From positions 2,010,001 through 2,042,000 of the forward strand of contig CP149973.1 of NCBI GenBank assembly GCA_029269845.2: a DNA stretch of 32,000 bases. Direction: 5' to 3'. Source of the stretch: Opitutia bacterium KCR 482 (lineage in GTDB: Bacteria > Verrucomicrobiota > Verrucomicrobiia > Opitutales > Intestinicryptomonadaceae). Both the position numbers and the translations under genes were made by a program. Positions 23,501 through 31,176 of the stretch are shown in pieces. The notes under the pieces were generated by a model. That model had not been told where the DNA came from, ran no database searches, and worked only from the letters and a program-made list of their open reading frames with translations. Every line of letters begins with the position of its first letter. Position 1 is the stretch's first letter.

Positions 23501-24172
23501 CATTGGAGCAAATTTCCACGCATTTGTATGATTTTGTGGGCGGGTGTCCTGTCGAATAAAATTGATGCGCAAATACTTTACGATCTAAAAACATCATTCT
23601 TAAAATTGGCAAGACATATCTCGAAAATGAAGATGTCTATTGATAATTACACAAATATTTTTGTAACAATGGCATTGTCTATGTCAAAAAGCTATGGGGA
23701 TAAATATTTAAGCTCTGTTATAAAATCGTTTCCCAAAGAAGAATTATACAGAGTTTGGACATCAATCCGACATTATTTCAAGTATCAAGGAAATAAAATC
23801 GATGTCTGGGAGTTACAAATAAAACCATTTTGCCAAAATATATTTCCGAAAGATAAATGTATTAAAACTCCAAAATTAGCACATGAAATCTCAATGTTCA
23901 TTGTTGAATCAAATGAGTTGTTTTCGGATACATTCAAAACATTGAAGGGATGGCTATCCACATGTAATAGACAAGATGATATCCTTTATTCCATGTCATT
24001 ATCGTTGCCAAAGGCGGTACAACCAATGGATATTTTAGAATTTTTGAATTTAATTTTAGACGATTCGAGCATATATAACATCGGATTAGAAAAAATACTA
24101 ACAAATATATCGAAAATGGATCCGTCATTGCAAAATGAAAAGATTTTTAACGAGTTGATGTCCATTTGCTGA
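20528..24172 (+). CDS. 1214-aa SIR2-domain (SIR2_2-type) protein with ~900-aa helical C-terminal region; defence-associated sirtuin (DSR)-like architecture
   Basis: VVFFCGAGISMNFGLP (GAGxS), IVTTNFDRIF (TTNxD), LVYLHGRL (catalytic His) and CFVGYGINDPILKYML, all within the first ~230 aa. The remainder has no recognised domain. Confidence 0.8.
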   Translation: MQFIPNGPDIPIQLLKAHEEGKVVFFCGAGISMNFGLPNFENLAYKIYELNHEEPIPTERNAIKNGFVDEALESFENRIVSDKISIRKSLHSILKPDYRKTKGNTHKALLDLAKNKSGEYRIVTTNFDRIFSDTLEKYNIPVREHIAPYIPIPKPTNWNGLVYLHGRLPDKEEDISSLKNLVLTSGDFGLAYLREYWASRFVNELFRNFVVCFVGYGINDPILKYMLDALSADRKAGESQFPVYAFIEDDTKNTENKELIHNAIIPIRYKTDNKHSLLHDTLIEWANVYSSGVDGKVQYVLKYASSDPSKNSNNDDYVGRMIWALTDYTGIPAKKFAEMNPPPTIEWLYIFSEKDPFGFFGNKKVSEKNNITEPIVKWMLKHINSSKLILWFAENRWGVDKKFIALVEDVFTRTLILIKNGDQKNSPYATLSKRNKALWWLILRGYVLRNRDFDFYNWINHYEDTKLDFIGKKTLYELCSPKIQIQRNFLSWNETTHQPIEDEILIDVVLTCQQLRYEKNAIRKIVPLETLFECAQKSLTDFLDLSGELDLANEKFDRSAYDLPSIEEHPQNKKHYSAWVVLIELLRDIWLDINATNHKKAMTIAISWWQEKYPAFKRLALFAASKSKHINSALWIKWILADNAYWLWGTATYHEVITLLSQRAIELPPISFEKLKDAIMSGPQRSLYRRDISDGEYQRIRERKIWYYFAKIQNGGCNLPSTISDVLSKFSQQYGWKLDDNSKEDFLSWSIGSGDPEYENRPITDKTPDKLTNLVEWLGEEKQKNNFYYKSDWAEFCAENYKFAAYGLYFAIKNNKCSKEKLNVALATWCRKSDTLRKLWQLIPSTDLSFINNTTISNSKGQIISCLTQLSEDTEIWKKDDTNENIEVFCDFCFRVIDIVFNKKEFDSVDINDAINDPCEQLSVAIFKIWISENPSKNSGLTEYWKTIFGRLLDVKNKNLFYTKFAFGEYLNALYYVDKQWVKDHMYPMFLHWSKFPRICMILWAGVLSNKIDAQILYDLKTSFLKLARHISKMKMSIDNYTNIFVTMALSMSKSYGDKYLSSVIKSFPKEELYRVWTSIRHYFKYQGNKIDVWELQIKPFCQNIFPKDKCIKTPKLAHEISMFIVESNELFSDTFKTLKGWLSTCNRQDDILYSMSLSLPKAVQPMDILEFLNLILDDSSIYNIGLEKILTNISKMDPSLQNEKIFNELMSIC

Positions 24173-24431
24173 TCTGTATTTTCGACATATAATCGCATTT
24201 AATACGTCGAACTGAAGTGAATTCTAAACAGGGCAGAGAAAAAATACTAGGAACTTGTCTTTGTTTAAATTTATGACATTACTAATATTCTAATTAATGA
24301 GTTTTGTATAATTTTACTTGCAATCAAAAGATAGTTTTTCAGATTTACAGAAAGATAAAATAACATATATTAAAAAAAGTGTGCATCCAACAATTTTCCA
24401 ACATAATTTCCTAATAAACTGATAGTTATGG

Positions 24432-24489
24432 AGAATTGCCCTGTCTGTCACGCAGGAGGTCGCGAGTTCGAGTCTCGTCCGTCCCGCCA
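24432..24489 (+). other. 3' fragment of tRNA-Asp(GTC), anticodon arm to CCA, lacking the 5' acceptor strand (att-site-like pseudo-tRNA)
   Basis: CCTGT-CTGTCAC-GCAGG (anticodon loop with GTC), AGGTC, GCGAG-TTCGAGT-CTCGT, CCGTCCC-G-CCA. It is collinear with E. coli tRNA-Asp ...CCTGCCTGTCACGCAGGGGGTCGCGGGTTCGAGTCCCGTCCGTTCCGCCA (recalled from memory). The complement GGGACGG is absent upstream, and the upstream flank is AT-rich. Confidence 0.75.
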
Positions 24490-24979
24490 CTTTAAAAGCT
24501 GCAAGTTCAAACACTTGCGGCTTTTTTGTTTCTACATTTCGCGCCAAACCCAGTATCCACGCGGCTTGCGGGGATACGATGCCAGTATTTAAGCCACTTG
24601 CGGCGGAACGCCCGCCCACCCGAAAACCACCAAAATTGGCGTTTTGTTGGTAGTTTTGGGTCAACACCAAAGAGAGTGGATTTTAATGAAAGACGCCGCA
24701 TAGAACCAAGACCCTCAATCTGTAATTTTGGAAGTTTTTATAACCGTAAGCCATTCGTTGTATTAGTTTCATTTTCCTGTGGAAGCCTTCCGTTATCCCG
24801 TTATTTTTCGTAAATCTCCACATGCGGATTATCGGCGCAAACCAGTCGCTTATGGTTTCTGCTATCCTCTCAAACTCTTGTGTCGCTTCGTATTTCATCT
24901 GTTTCATCATTGTTTTCAGTTCTCTTATATTTCTCTTACATTCCTTTGCCGTTTGATGTTTCCTGTTCAGCAGCTCGCA
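24474..24979. repeat. copy 2 of the ~510-bp direct repeat (see 6392-6908)
   Basis: See copy 1. Confidence 0.85.
24498..24527 (+). terminator. Rho-independent terminator immediately after the tRNA-Asp 3' end
   Basis: GCTGCAAGT-TCAAAC-ACTTGCGGC (9-bp stem with one G-U) followed by T6. Confidence 0.7.
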
Positions 24980-25665
24980 CAATCTTTCCTTAAACTCGTA
25001 AGCCAGCTTTATCGCGGGATTGTTCACAAAAAACTTTTCCAATCGCTCTCGCTCTTCGGCTTTCAACCTATCTCCACGTTTTCGCAATGGGTAGGTCAGT
25101 TTCCTGTTCCATTTTACCTCTTCTTGGGCTTGTTTGCAATTCAAGCGAAGCGCGAATGAGATTTTGCCGCAGGCAAGAGACCCGAAGGGCGAGACGGTTT
25201 GCGCATGCAAACGCGAGTCAAAACTCCATAAAATGGTACAATACCAATCTTATTACGTGGAACCTGTCCGCCACTATTTTTGCTTTCGGAAAACACCGCC
25301 TTACTATGCTTCGGTAGCTGCTGCTTAAATCCATACACACTACTTTTACTTTATCCCGACCTTTGTAGCTCATTAACTTACTTTCCACCAAGTTGCGAGA
25401 TTTCCCCTCTATCACATCGTATACCCTATGATGCGTTAAATCCGCTATCGTTGTCGCAAACGCTCCACTGTGCTTTGCGATATCCCCAACCTTTTCGATA
25501 TCTTCTTGTTTGTCGCCCCATCGAGGTATTTACTGATGATTTCGTCTTTGGCGTTCTCCGATATCCGCTTGTTGCTTTTCAATCCCCGTATCGGCTCTCG
25601 ATAAATTCTTCCGCATTTCGGACATCGGTATCGACGCGCCTTTATGACTGCATCGTATATCCGTT
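24661..25665 (-). mobile_element. ISL3-family IS copy, 5'-truncated, with the transposase gene broken into three frames (pseudogene)
   Basis: Fragments: 25445..25699 (RRYRCPKCG zinc knuckle plus HTH KKISKRLGISQSTVERL), 25218..25415 (DDE region VVCMDLSSSYRSIVRRCFPKAKIVADRFHVIRLV) and 24683..25210 (C-terminal ...NNGITEGFHRKMKLIQRMAYGYKNFQNYRLRVL). The first zinc knuckle seen in the 6.6-7.2 kb copy is missing. The left breakpoint is estimated at ~25650-25675. Confidence 0.8.
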
Positions 25666-28600
25666 GCGGAAAACGATGTAACGGCAAAGGACATAACAAA
25701 CAATGTCGCCGTTTCCAAAGGCACGAACGTAAGCGTTTCCGCCGTCGGCGGCAATGTCGCAGCCGACGATATCAGCGGAAAGCTCTCCGCCGAAAATGTC
25801 GGCGGAAGCATAAGCAGCGCGACAAAGCTCGGTTCTCTCGACGCGAGAAATATCGGCGGCGGCATCACCCTCAACAACGTTGACGCCGAATTGAAGGCCA
25901 CCGATGTTTCGGGCGACATAACCGCAGTGTCGGCTGGCTCGCTCAACGTCAAAAACGTCGGAACAGTCTCCCTAACCGACGTAAACGGAACGTCCCTCGC
26001 GGAAAACGTGGACGCCCTCGAAATATCGGGAACGGCCGTCGGAGACGTAAACGCCAAAAACGTAGCCGGAAAAGTGTACGTGGAAAACGCCTCCGCAAAC
26101 GTCGCCGTGAACACGGCAGGAAGCGTGGAGGCAAACAATGTCGCCGGAACGCTCTCCGCCGTTGATATCTCGGGCGGAATAGACAGCTCCGTATCGCTCG
26201 GCGCGCTCGACGCCAAAAACGTCGGCGGGCAAATAGCCTTGCAGGACGTGCAGGGCAAGCTCAAAGCCGCGGATACGCAGGGCATTTCCGCCGAAAACGC
26301 TGGCTCTCTCGAAATCAAAAACGCGAAGGACGTGGAGATACGGAACAACGTAGGCGGCAACGCCGAAGTTTCCGGCATCGGCAACTTCTCGGTTGCAGGC
26401 GAGGTCGGCGGAACGACGCTGATGGACGCAGTCGACGGCGATGCCACAATAGGCACTGCCAACGGCGCGGTAACGGTTAATTCCATGGGCGTATCGGGTT
26501 CCGTCAATATCGGCACGGCCAACGACAAGGTTTCCGCAAACGGCAATATCGTCGGCGGACTTATTGTCGGCAGCGCCGGCGGAGACGTTACTTCGACCGC
26601 GAACGTGGGCTATGTTTCCGTAAAGGGAGCAGACCAAACCCAAAAAGTCGAATTGAAGAACGTTCTCGGCGGAGGCGACTCCAAAATCGAAAACGTATCG
26701 GGCGTAATCGTCAACGGAAAGATTTCCGCGGGAGCGCACAGAATGGATATCGTGTCGATATCCAACGATGTCGATTTCCGCGACGAAGTCCTGCTCGACG
26801 CGCTCGGCATTGACACCGTCGGCGGCGACGTGAAGTTTGCAAAGAAGCTGACCGCCGCAAATTCCGTGAAAATCGACAACGTAAAAGGAGACACGACCTT
26901 TGCGGGAGACGTTTCGGCAAATTCGTTCTCGATGGGTAACGCCGCCAAGGGAGGAAACGTAAGCTTTACGGGTTCTCTCAAAACGGCAGGCGACACCGAA
27001 ATAGCGAATGTTTCCGACATATCCGCCCTGAACGGGATTGAAGCCAAAAATCTCAAAATCGACGGCGCGGACAATGTCGTAGTCGACAGGATCAAGGCTG
27101 ACGAAAACGTAAACGTCCTCAATGTTGCCGGCTTCACGGCCGACGCAGTCGAAGCTGCGGACGAAATAAACATCAAGGCGTCGGGCAATATCGCCGTGGG
27201 CTCCCTCGACGGGGATGCGGACAATACGGAAGCCACGCTGAGTGGAACGCAGTCTTCGTCCGTCATAACGGTCGATACGGCAAACGTCTATACGATAATA
27301 TCCAACGCGGCGGAAGTTGCCGTAAATAAAGCCGCCAACTATCTCGACTTGGAATCGGTCGGAAACGCCGAGATTCGCTCGATAGCTGACGGGGTTGACT
27401 ACGCGCGGGTGAACGACGGACCGTTTATGTACGCCGACAATGTCGGAACGATTGAAATCGGCGCCGACGAAGTCGGTGCGGTGTACGACACGGGCGGAAA
27501 TCCCCTGATAAAGTCCCAACACGGCGGCTCTGCAACCGTAGACAAACTGATTCTCCACGCTTCGGCAATCAAATCCGCCGCGCTCACGGGAACGGTTCTC
27601 GATATCGGGGCGGCATCGACGGGCGATAGACTGCGGCTGTCGTTTACGCAAAACGATGTGGAAATCGTCGGCAAGCTGAATTTTGCCAGCGATGTCGAAC
27701 TCGTGACGGAAAACAACTGGACCTTCGATTCGGTAAAGTCCGCCGGACAGCACTCCGCCGTGGGCAGAACCTCCGATGTCGCCGTAAACGGCGTTCTCGG
27801 CGGCACGGAAAAGTCGGTTTGGAACTTCCTGAAGGCGAAATCCCACGCGGCGTTCGCATTCGAAGCCGCGGACGAATCGGTTGTAAACGAGTTCACGCTT
27901 GTGGGCAAATACGACGACGTTCCGCAAAGCGGCTCGTTCAACCACACGTACAGGGACTCGGCGGGCGAAATCCAAAACGAAACCGCGCAGTATAGTCAAA
28001 ACCTGACGGCAACCGACCTCTACGCGACAGACATCTACGCGAATACGGTTTCGGGAACAACCGACAACGGTATCCTTGATGTCGAATACTCGGTATCGGA
28101 CGGCAAGGTGGTCCATGAAATAAAGGCAAACAGATTCGTCGAAAAGACGGTTGCAAAAACCGCAAACGAAGCCGAATTTGCCAAAATCATCGACAGCCTC
28201 AAACACTCTGGCGATCTCGATAAGGATAGCGAAAACATCCGCGACATTAAAATGCCGTACATTACGGGCGAAAAGTCGCTTTCGGCTTCGCTTCCGAACG
28301 CAATGACGTACGCCGTGCGCCAACAGGCGGCTCTCGCGAATTCGATAGCGCTCTCCACGGTCGACTACATCTCCGCTACCCGCGCAATGCTCGGACGTCC
28401 GGCGTTTGCGGGTTCGAAGGAAGTCGCGGCTGTTTCGGACGGTTCGGAAAAGGACATCTCCGACGTTACCTCGGTATCCTTCAGGAGTGTAAACAGACTC
28501 GGGGATTTTGCGGGAACGGACGGAAATTCGGGAGCCAACTCCTATTCGGCCGGCGGTCTTGCCAACCTGGAATACATCGTCAACCGCGACCTCTTCTTCG

Positions 28601-29292
28601 GGATCTCGGCGGGCGGAGCGTATTCCCGCGCGACGGGCGACAATGTGTCGGCAAAAGCCGAATCCACTAACCTGATAATCAATCTCTACGGCGACTATCA
28701 GATAACGGACGGGCTCGACGCGTATATCGGTCTGACCTACTCCTACGGAGACAATAAATCCGAACGCGAGGCGGCGGCCGGCAAGGCGAAGGTCGATTAC
28801 GAAAGCGACACCTTCGGGGCATTCGGCGGCTTGCGCTATACGATAAAACCCTGCGGGCTTCCCTTCTCGATTACACCCCTTCTCGGTGTAAACTACTCCG
28901 CGGTGCTTACAAAAAGCGCGACGGAAAAGGAATACACGGGTCCGGACGCAATGTCCTATGCCGGTGGCGACTACCACAGCATCAGGACTCTTGCGGGATT
29001 CGAGGCGGCCTACCACTGCGAGGATATTCTGAGAATTGCCGTCAGCGCAATGTACGCCCACGAATTCCTCGATAACAGGTACAACGTAGGCTATTCGCTC
29101 GATCCCTCCATGTTTGCCGTCAGCAGTGGCATTCTCAGGGGATCGGTAATCGAAAGAGACTACGCGATTCTCGGGTTCGGCATAAACGGCAACGTCACCG
29201 ACTCCGTGTCGGTGGGGGCAAATTACAACGCCGAAGTAAGCGTATCCGAGCTGAACCACCATATCGGCGGCTATATCAGATTCGAATTCTAA
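25648..29292 (+). CDS. autotransporter outer-membrane protein (repetitive passenger plus C-terminal beta-barrel), 5'-truncated at the IS junction
   Basis: C-terminal ~280 aa is an autotransporter beta-domain ending ...GGYIRFEF. The passenger is made of G/V/N/A-rich ~20-aa repeats. The frame is open from 25648 with passenger-like sequence, has no signal peptide, and its first conventional start is TTG 25891. It is probably a pseudogene. Confidence 0.8.
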   Translation: MHRISVAENDVTAKDITNNVAVSKGTNVSVSAVGGNVAADDISGKLSAENVGGSISSATKLGSLDARNIGGGITLNNVDAELKATDVSGDITAVSAGSLNVKNVGTVSLTDVNGTSLAENVDALEISGTAVGDVNAKNVAGKVYVENASANVAVNTAGSVEANNVAGTLSAVDISGGIDSSVSLGALDAKNVGGQIALQDVQGKLKAADTQGISAENAGSLEIKNAKDVEIRNNVGGNAEVSGIGNFSVAGEVGGTTLMDAVDGDATIGTANGAVTVNSMGVSGSVNIGTANDKVSANGNIVGGLIVGSAGGDVTSTANVGYVSVKGADQTQKVELKNVLGGGDSKIENVSGVIVNGKISAGAHRMDIVSISNDVDFRDEVLLDALGIDTVGGDVKFAKKLTAANSVKIDNVKGDTTFAGDVSANSFSMGNAAKGGNVSFTGSLKTAGDTEIANVSDISALNGIEAKNLKIDGADNVVVDRIKADENVNVLNVAGFTADAVEAADEINIKASGNIAVGSLDGDADNTEATLSGTQSSSVITVDTANVYTIISNAAEVAVNKAANYLDLESVGNAEIRSIADGVDYARVNDGPFMYADNVGTIEIGADEVGAVYDTGGNPLIKSQHGGSATVDKLILHASAIKSAALTGTVLDIGAASTGDRLRLSFTQNDVEIVGKLNFASDVELVTENNWTFDSVKSAGQHSAVGRTSDVAVNGVLGGTEKSVWNFLKAKSHAAFAFEAADESVVNEFTLVGKYDDVPQSGSFNHTYRDSAGEIQNETAQYSQNLTATDLYATDIYANTVSGTTDNGILDVEYSVSDGKVVHEIKANRFVEKTVAKTANEAEFAKIIDSLKHSGDLDKDSENIRDIKMPYITGEKSLSASLPNAMTYAVRQQAALANSIALSTVDYISATRAMLGRPAFAGSKEVAAVSDGSEKDISDVTSVSFRSVNRLGDFAGTDGNSGANSYSAGGLANLEYIVNRDLFFGISAGGAYSRATGDNVSAKAESTNLIINLYGDYQITDGLDAYIGLTYSYGDNKSEREAAAGKAKVDYESDTFGAFGGLRYTIKPCGLPFSITPLLGVNYSAVLTKSATEKEYTGPDAMSYAGGDYHSIRTLAGFEAAYHCEDILRIAVSAMYAHEFLDNRYNVGYSLDPSMFAVSSGILRGSVIERDYAILGFGINGNVTDSVSVGANYNAEVSVSELNHHIGGYIRFEF

Positions 29293-29312
29293 TGGGTCTG
29301 TAAAAACAATGC

Positions 29313-29345
29313 ATGGGGGCGGATTTGCGAAAAATCCGCCCCCAT
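29313..29345 (+). terminator. Rho-independent terminator after the autotransporter gene
   Basis: ATGGGGGCGGATTT-GCGAA-AAATCCGCCCCCAT, a 14-bp perfect stem, followed by TTTG. Confidence 0.75.
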
Positions 29346-29363
29346 TTGCGTATAACACAAAAC

Positions 29364-30548
29364 ATGAAAAAGATATTCGCATTTTCCGCATTTCTGTCTC
29401 TCTGCGCCGCGCATTTGCCCGCTGCGGACGTTTCCGCCGATTTCGCGGGAGGCAACGCCGTTATCGCCGCTTCGGCGGACGGAAAAATCTCGATTGCCCC
29501 CGATTCCTCCGGCTGCTCTCGCGGCGGAAATTACTGGAACTTTCGCGTAAGAAACGCGTCCGGCAAACTTTTGGAAATAAGCGTATCGGGCAAAAACGCC
29601 GTTGACGCATGCGGGGCATTCGTCTCGGAGGACTCCGGCAAAAACTGGACGCCGCTGGGCGCGCATTCTGTCCGCCGATGTGGCGATTCCGCAAAATTCT
29701 CATACCGCGTCTCGGAGGACGCCGCCGAAGTCCGCTTCGCTTCCGTCATACCCTACCTGTATTCGGATTTTAAAAGATTCGCGCAATCGCGCGGAATCGC
29801 GATCCGACATTTCTGCAAAACCGAGCGCGGGCGCGAAAACGTGTTCGTTGAGCTCGGAAACGAAAACTCCGCCGTCACGGCGGTTCTAACCTGCCGCCAC
29901 CACGCCTGCGAATCGGCAGCTAGCTTTGTCTTGGAGGGGTTTCTTTCCTCCGCAAAATACGCGAAAAACATTCGGGTTGCCGCCTTCCCCCTTGTGGATT
30001 TGGACGGCGTAGAGGAAGGCGGGCAGGGAAAATTCCGCAAACCGCGCGACCACAACCAGGACTATTACGGAACGTCAAGGTACGCCGCCACGGCAACGCT
30101 AAAACGGATATTGGAGAAACTGAACGCCGACGGGAAAAAAACGGTAGTTTTGGATTTGCATTCCCCACTTTTTTCGGAAATGAGCAACCTCGCCACGCGC
30201 GCCAACGGCATCTATTTCGTCTTCGGGAAAAACGGCAAAAAGCGGAATTTGGCAAAAGACTTCTCGCTGAAGCTTGCCGAGCGCTGCAATAAATCGGGCG
30301 GGCTTGCGAACAATCCCGAATTGGATGTCGACTTCGACCCGTTTTTGCACGACAGACGGCCGATAACATTCGCCAAATGGGCGGAAAGGTTGGAGAATGT
30401 CATGTGGAGCGCGGCTATGGAAATACCGTTTGCGGTTCCAGGCGGCGAAATGCCGTCAACGCCCGACCAGTTGCGGAATTTCGGGAAGGCTCTTTTGGAA
30501 GAGCTTGACGCGCGCGCTGGGATTGTCTGGGAGCATTCGTGGGAATAG
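29364..30548 (+). CDS. secreted M14-like zinc carboxypeptidase family protein
   Basis: Signal peptide MKKIFAFSAFLSLCAAHLPAAD. Zinc motif CRHHACES (HxxE) and a downstream VVLDLHS. An N-terminal beta-sandwich-like segment precedes the catalytic core. Start at ATG 29364 rather than 29313, which lies inside the terminator. Confidence 0.65.
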   Translation: MKKIFAFSAFLSLCAAHLPAADVSADFAGGNAVIAASADGKISIAPDSSGCSRGGNYWNFRVRNASGKLLEISVSGKNAVDACGAFVSEDSGKNWTPLGAHSVRRCGDSAKFSYRVSEDAAEVRFASVIPYLYSDFKRFAQSRGIAIRHFCKTERGRENVFVELGNENSAVTAVLTCRHHACESAASFVLEGFLSSAKYAKNIRVAAFPLVDLDGVEEGGQGKFRKPRDHNQDYYGTSRYAATATLKRILEKLNADGKKTVVLDLHSPLFSEMSNLATRANGIYFVFGKNGKKRNLAKDFSLKLAERCNKSGGLANNPELDVDFDPFLHDRRPITFAKWAERLENVMWSAAMEIPFAVPGGEMPSTPDQLRNFGKALLEELDARAGIVWEHSWE

Positions 30549-30647
30549 TCCGTCCGCGGAGGGATTCGGAAATTCCGCAGACGGAATGCAGGGCGGCATG
30601 CGGGAGCTGTCCGAAGCCAACCTCGGAGAAGGGGCGCAAGGGTTGTT

Positions 30648-31070
30648 CTACCATATGAAATCGGAGCGGATTATGTCGTCCTCGGAGAGTTCCCGCCCCA
30701 ACTGCACCTCCACAATTTGCAGGTTCTCCAAGCCCATTATTCCGTGCATTTGTCCTGCTCCGATTTTTGCGACATCTCCCTGTTTGAATTCGGTTTTCTT
30801 TCCGTCCACAACAAGAGTTCCCAATCCGTTTATGCCATAATCTGCTTCAAGCCTTTCCAGCCCAAGATCGAAGACGCGCCCGTTATGGAAAGCTCGTCGG
30901 GAATTGTGCCCGATGAGACAAGCTCGATACCCTTGTAAAGCTTGAAATTCCTGCCGTCGACGGTTAGCGCGATTCTGTCGCCGTATTCTATCGCCTTTGA
31001 AGTCGTCGCCGAGCGTTGCGCCGAGTTCGGAGGGAACGGACAGTGAGGAGTTCGACCATATGCCGCGCAT
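30648..31070 (-). CDS. cupin-domain protein (mannose-6-phosphate isomerase type II C-terminal-like); N-terminal half possibly frameshifted
   Basis: GTLVVDGKKTEFKQGDVAKIGAGQMHGIMGLENLQIVEVQLGRELSEDDIIRSDF matches the cupin C-terminus (..IEVQ.G.YL.EDDI.R..D). The upstream part in this frame is Arg-rich and low-complexity, while an overlapping frame (30830..31297) reads protein-like (IEYGDRIALTVDGRNFKLYKGIELVSSG). Confidence 0.5.
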   Translation of the reverse strand: MRGIWSNSSLSVPSELGATLGDDFKGDRIRRQNRANRRRQEFQALQGYRACLIGHNSRRAFHNGRVFDLGLERLEADYGINGLGTLVVDGKKTEFKQGDVAKIGAGQMHGIMGLENLQIVEVQLGRELSEDDIIRSDFIW

Positions 31071-31123
31071 ATTGATGTAGCGCGAAATAGGTAGTTAGAA
31101 TTTGTCCCCGCTTTTCTGTGCAC

Positions 31124-31157
31124 AAAAAAACCGCCTTGCCTTGTGGTTTGGCGGTTT
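31124..31157 (-). terminator. Rho-independent terminator after the PEP-CTERM gene
   Basis: Minus strand reads AAACCGCC-N14-GGCGGTTT followed by a T-run (TTTTTTTG including the last stem Ts), about 20 nt after the stop at 31177. Confidence 0.6.
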
Positions 31158-31176
31158 GGAAATTTAAAAATTTGCC

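Noticed and set aside
24400-24489. Intact tRNA gene
   Set aside because: The anticodon arm, variable loop, T arm and acceptor 3' strand plus CCA are present. The 5' acceptor strand (GGGACGG) is absent, the D-arm region is only vaguely tRNA-like, and the upstream sequence is AT-rich island DNA. I therefore call it a 3' fragment. At 6392-6407 only 16 nt are tRNA-derived.
25972-29391. 1139-aa ORF on the minus strand, longer than the annotated sense gene
   Set aside because: It lies antisense to the autotransporter. The product is Arg/Val/Gly-rich and low-complexity with no motif. The sense strand encodes a recognisable autotransporter beta-barrel ending in F. Long antisense ORFs are expected in GC-rich, GNC-codon-rich repeats. 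The same applies to 25530..26546, 26610..27266 and 27399..27947.
29289-29749. Small ORFs around the autotransporter terminator and inside the 5' part of the M14 gene (29289..29666 -, 29309..29605 +, 29461..29703 -, 29531..29749 -)
   Set aside because: They are Arg-rich off-frame products that overlap a strong terminator hairpin or the signal-peptide-bearing M14 frame.
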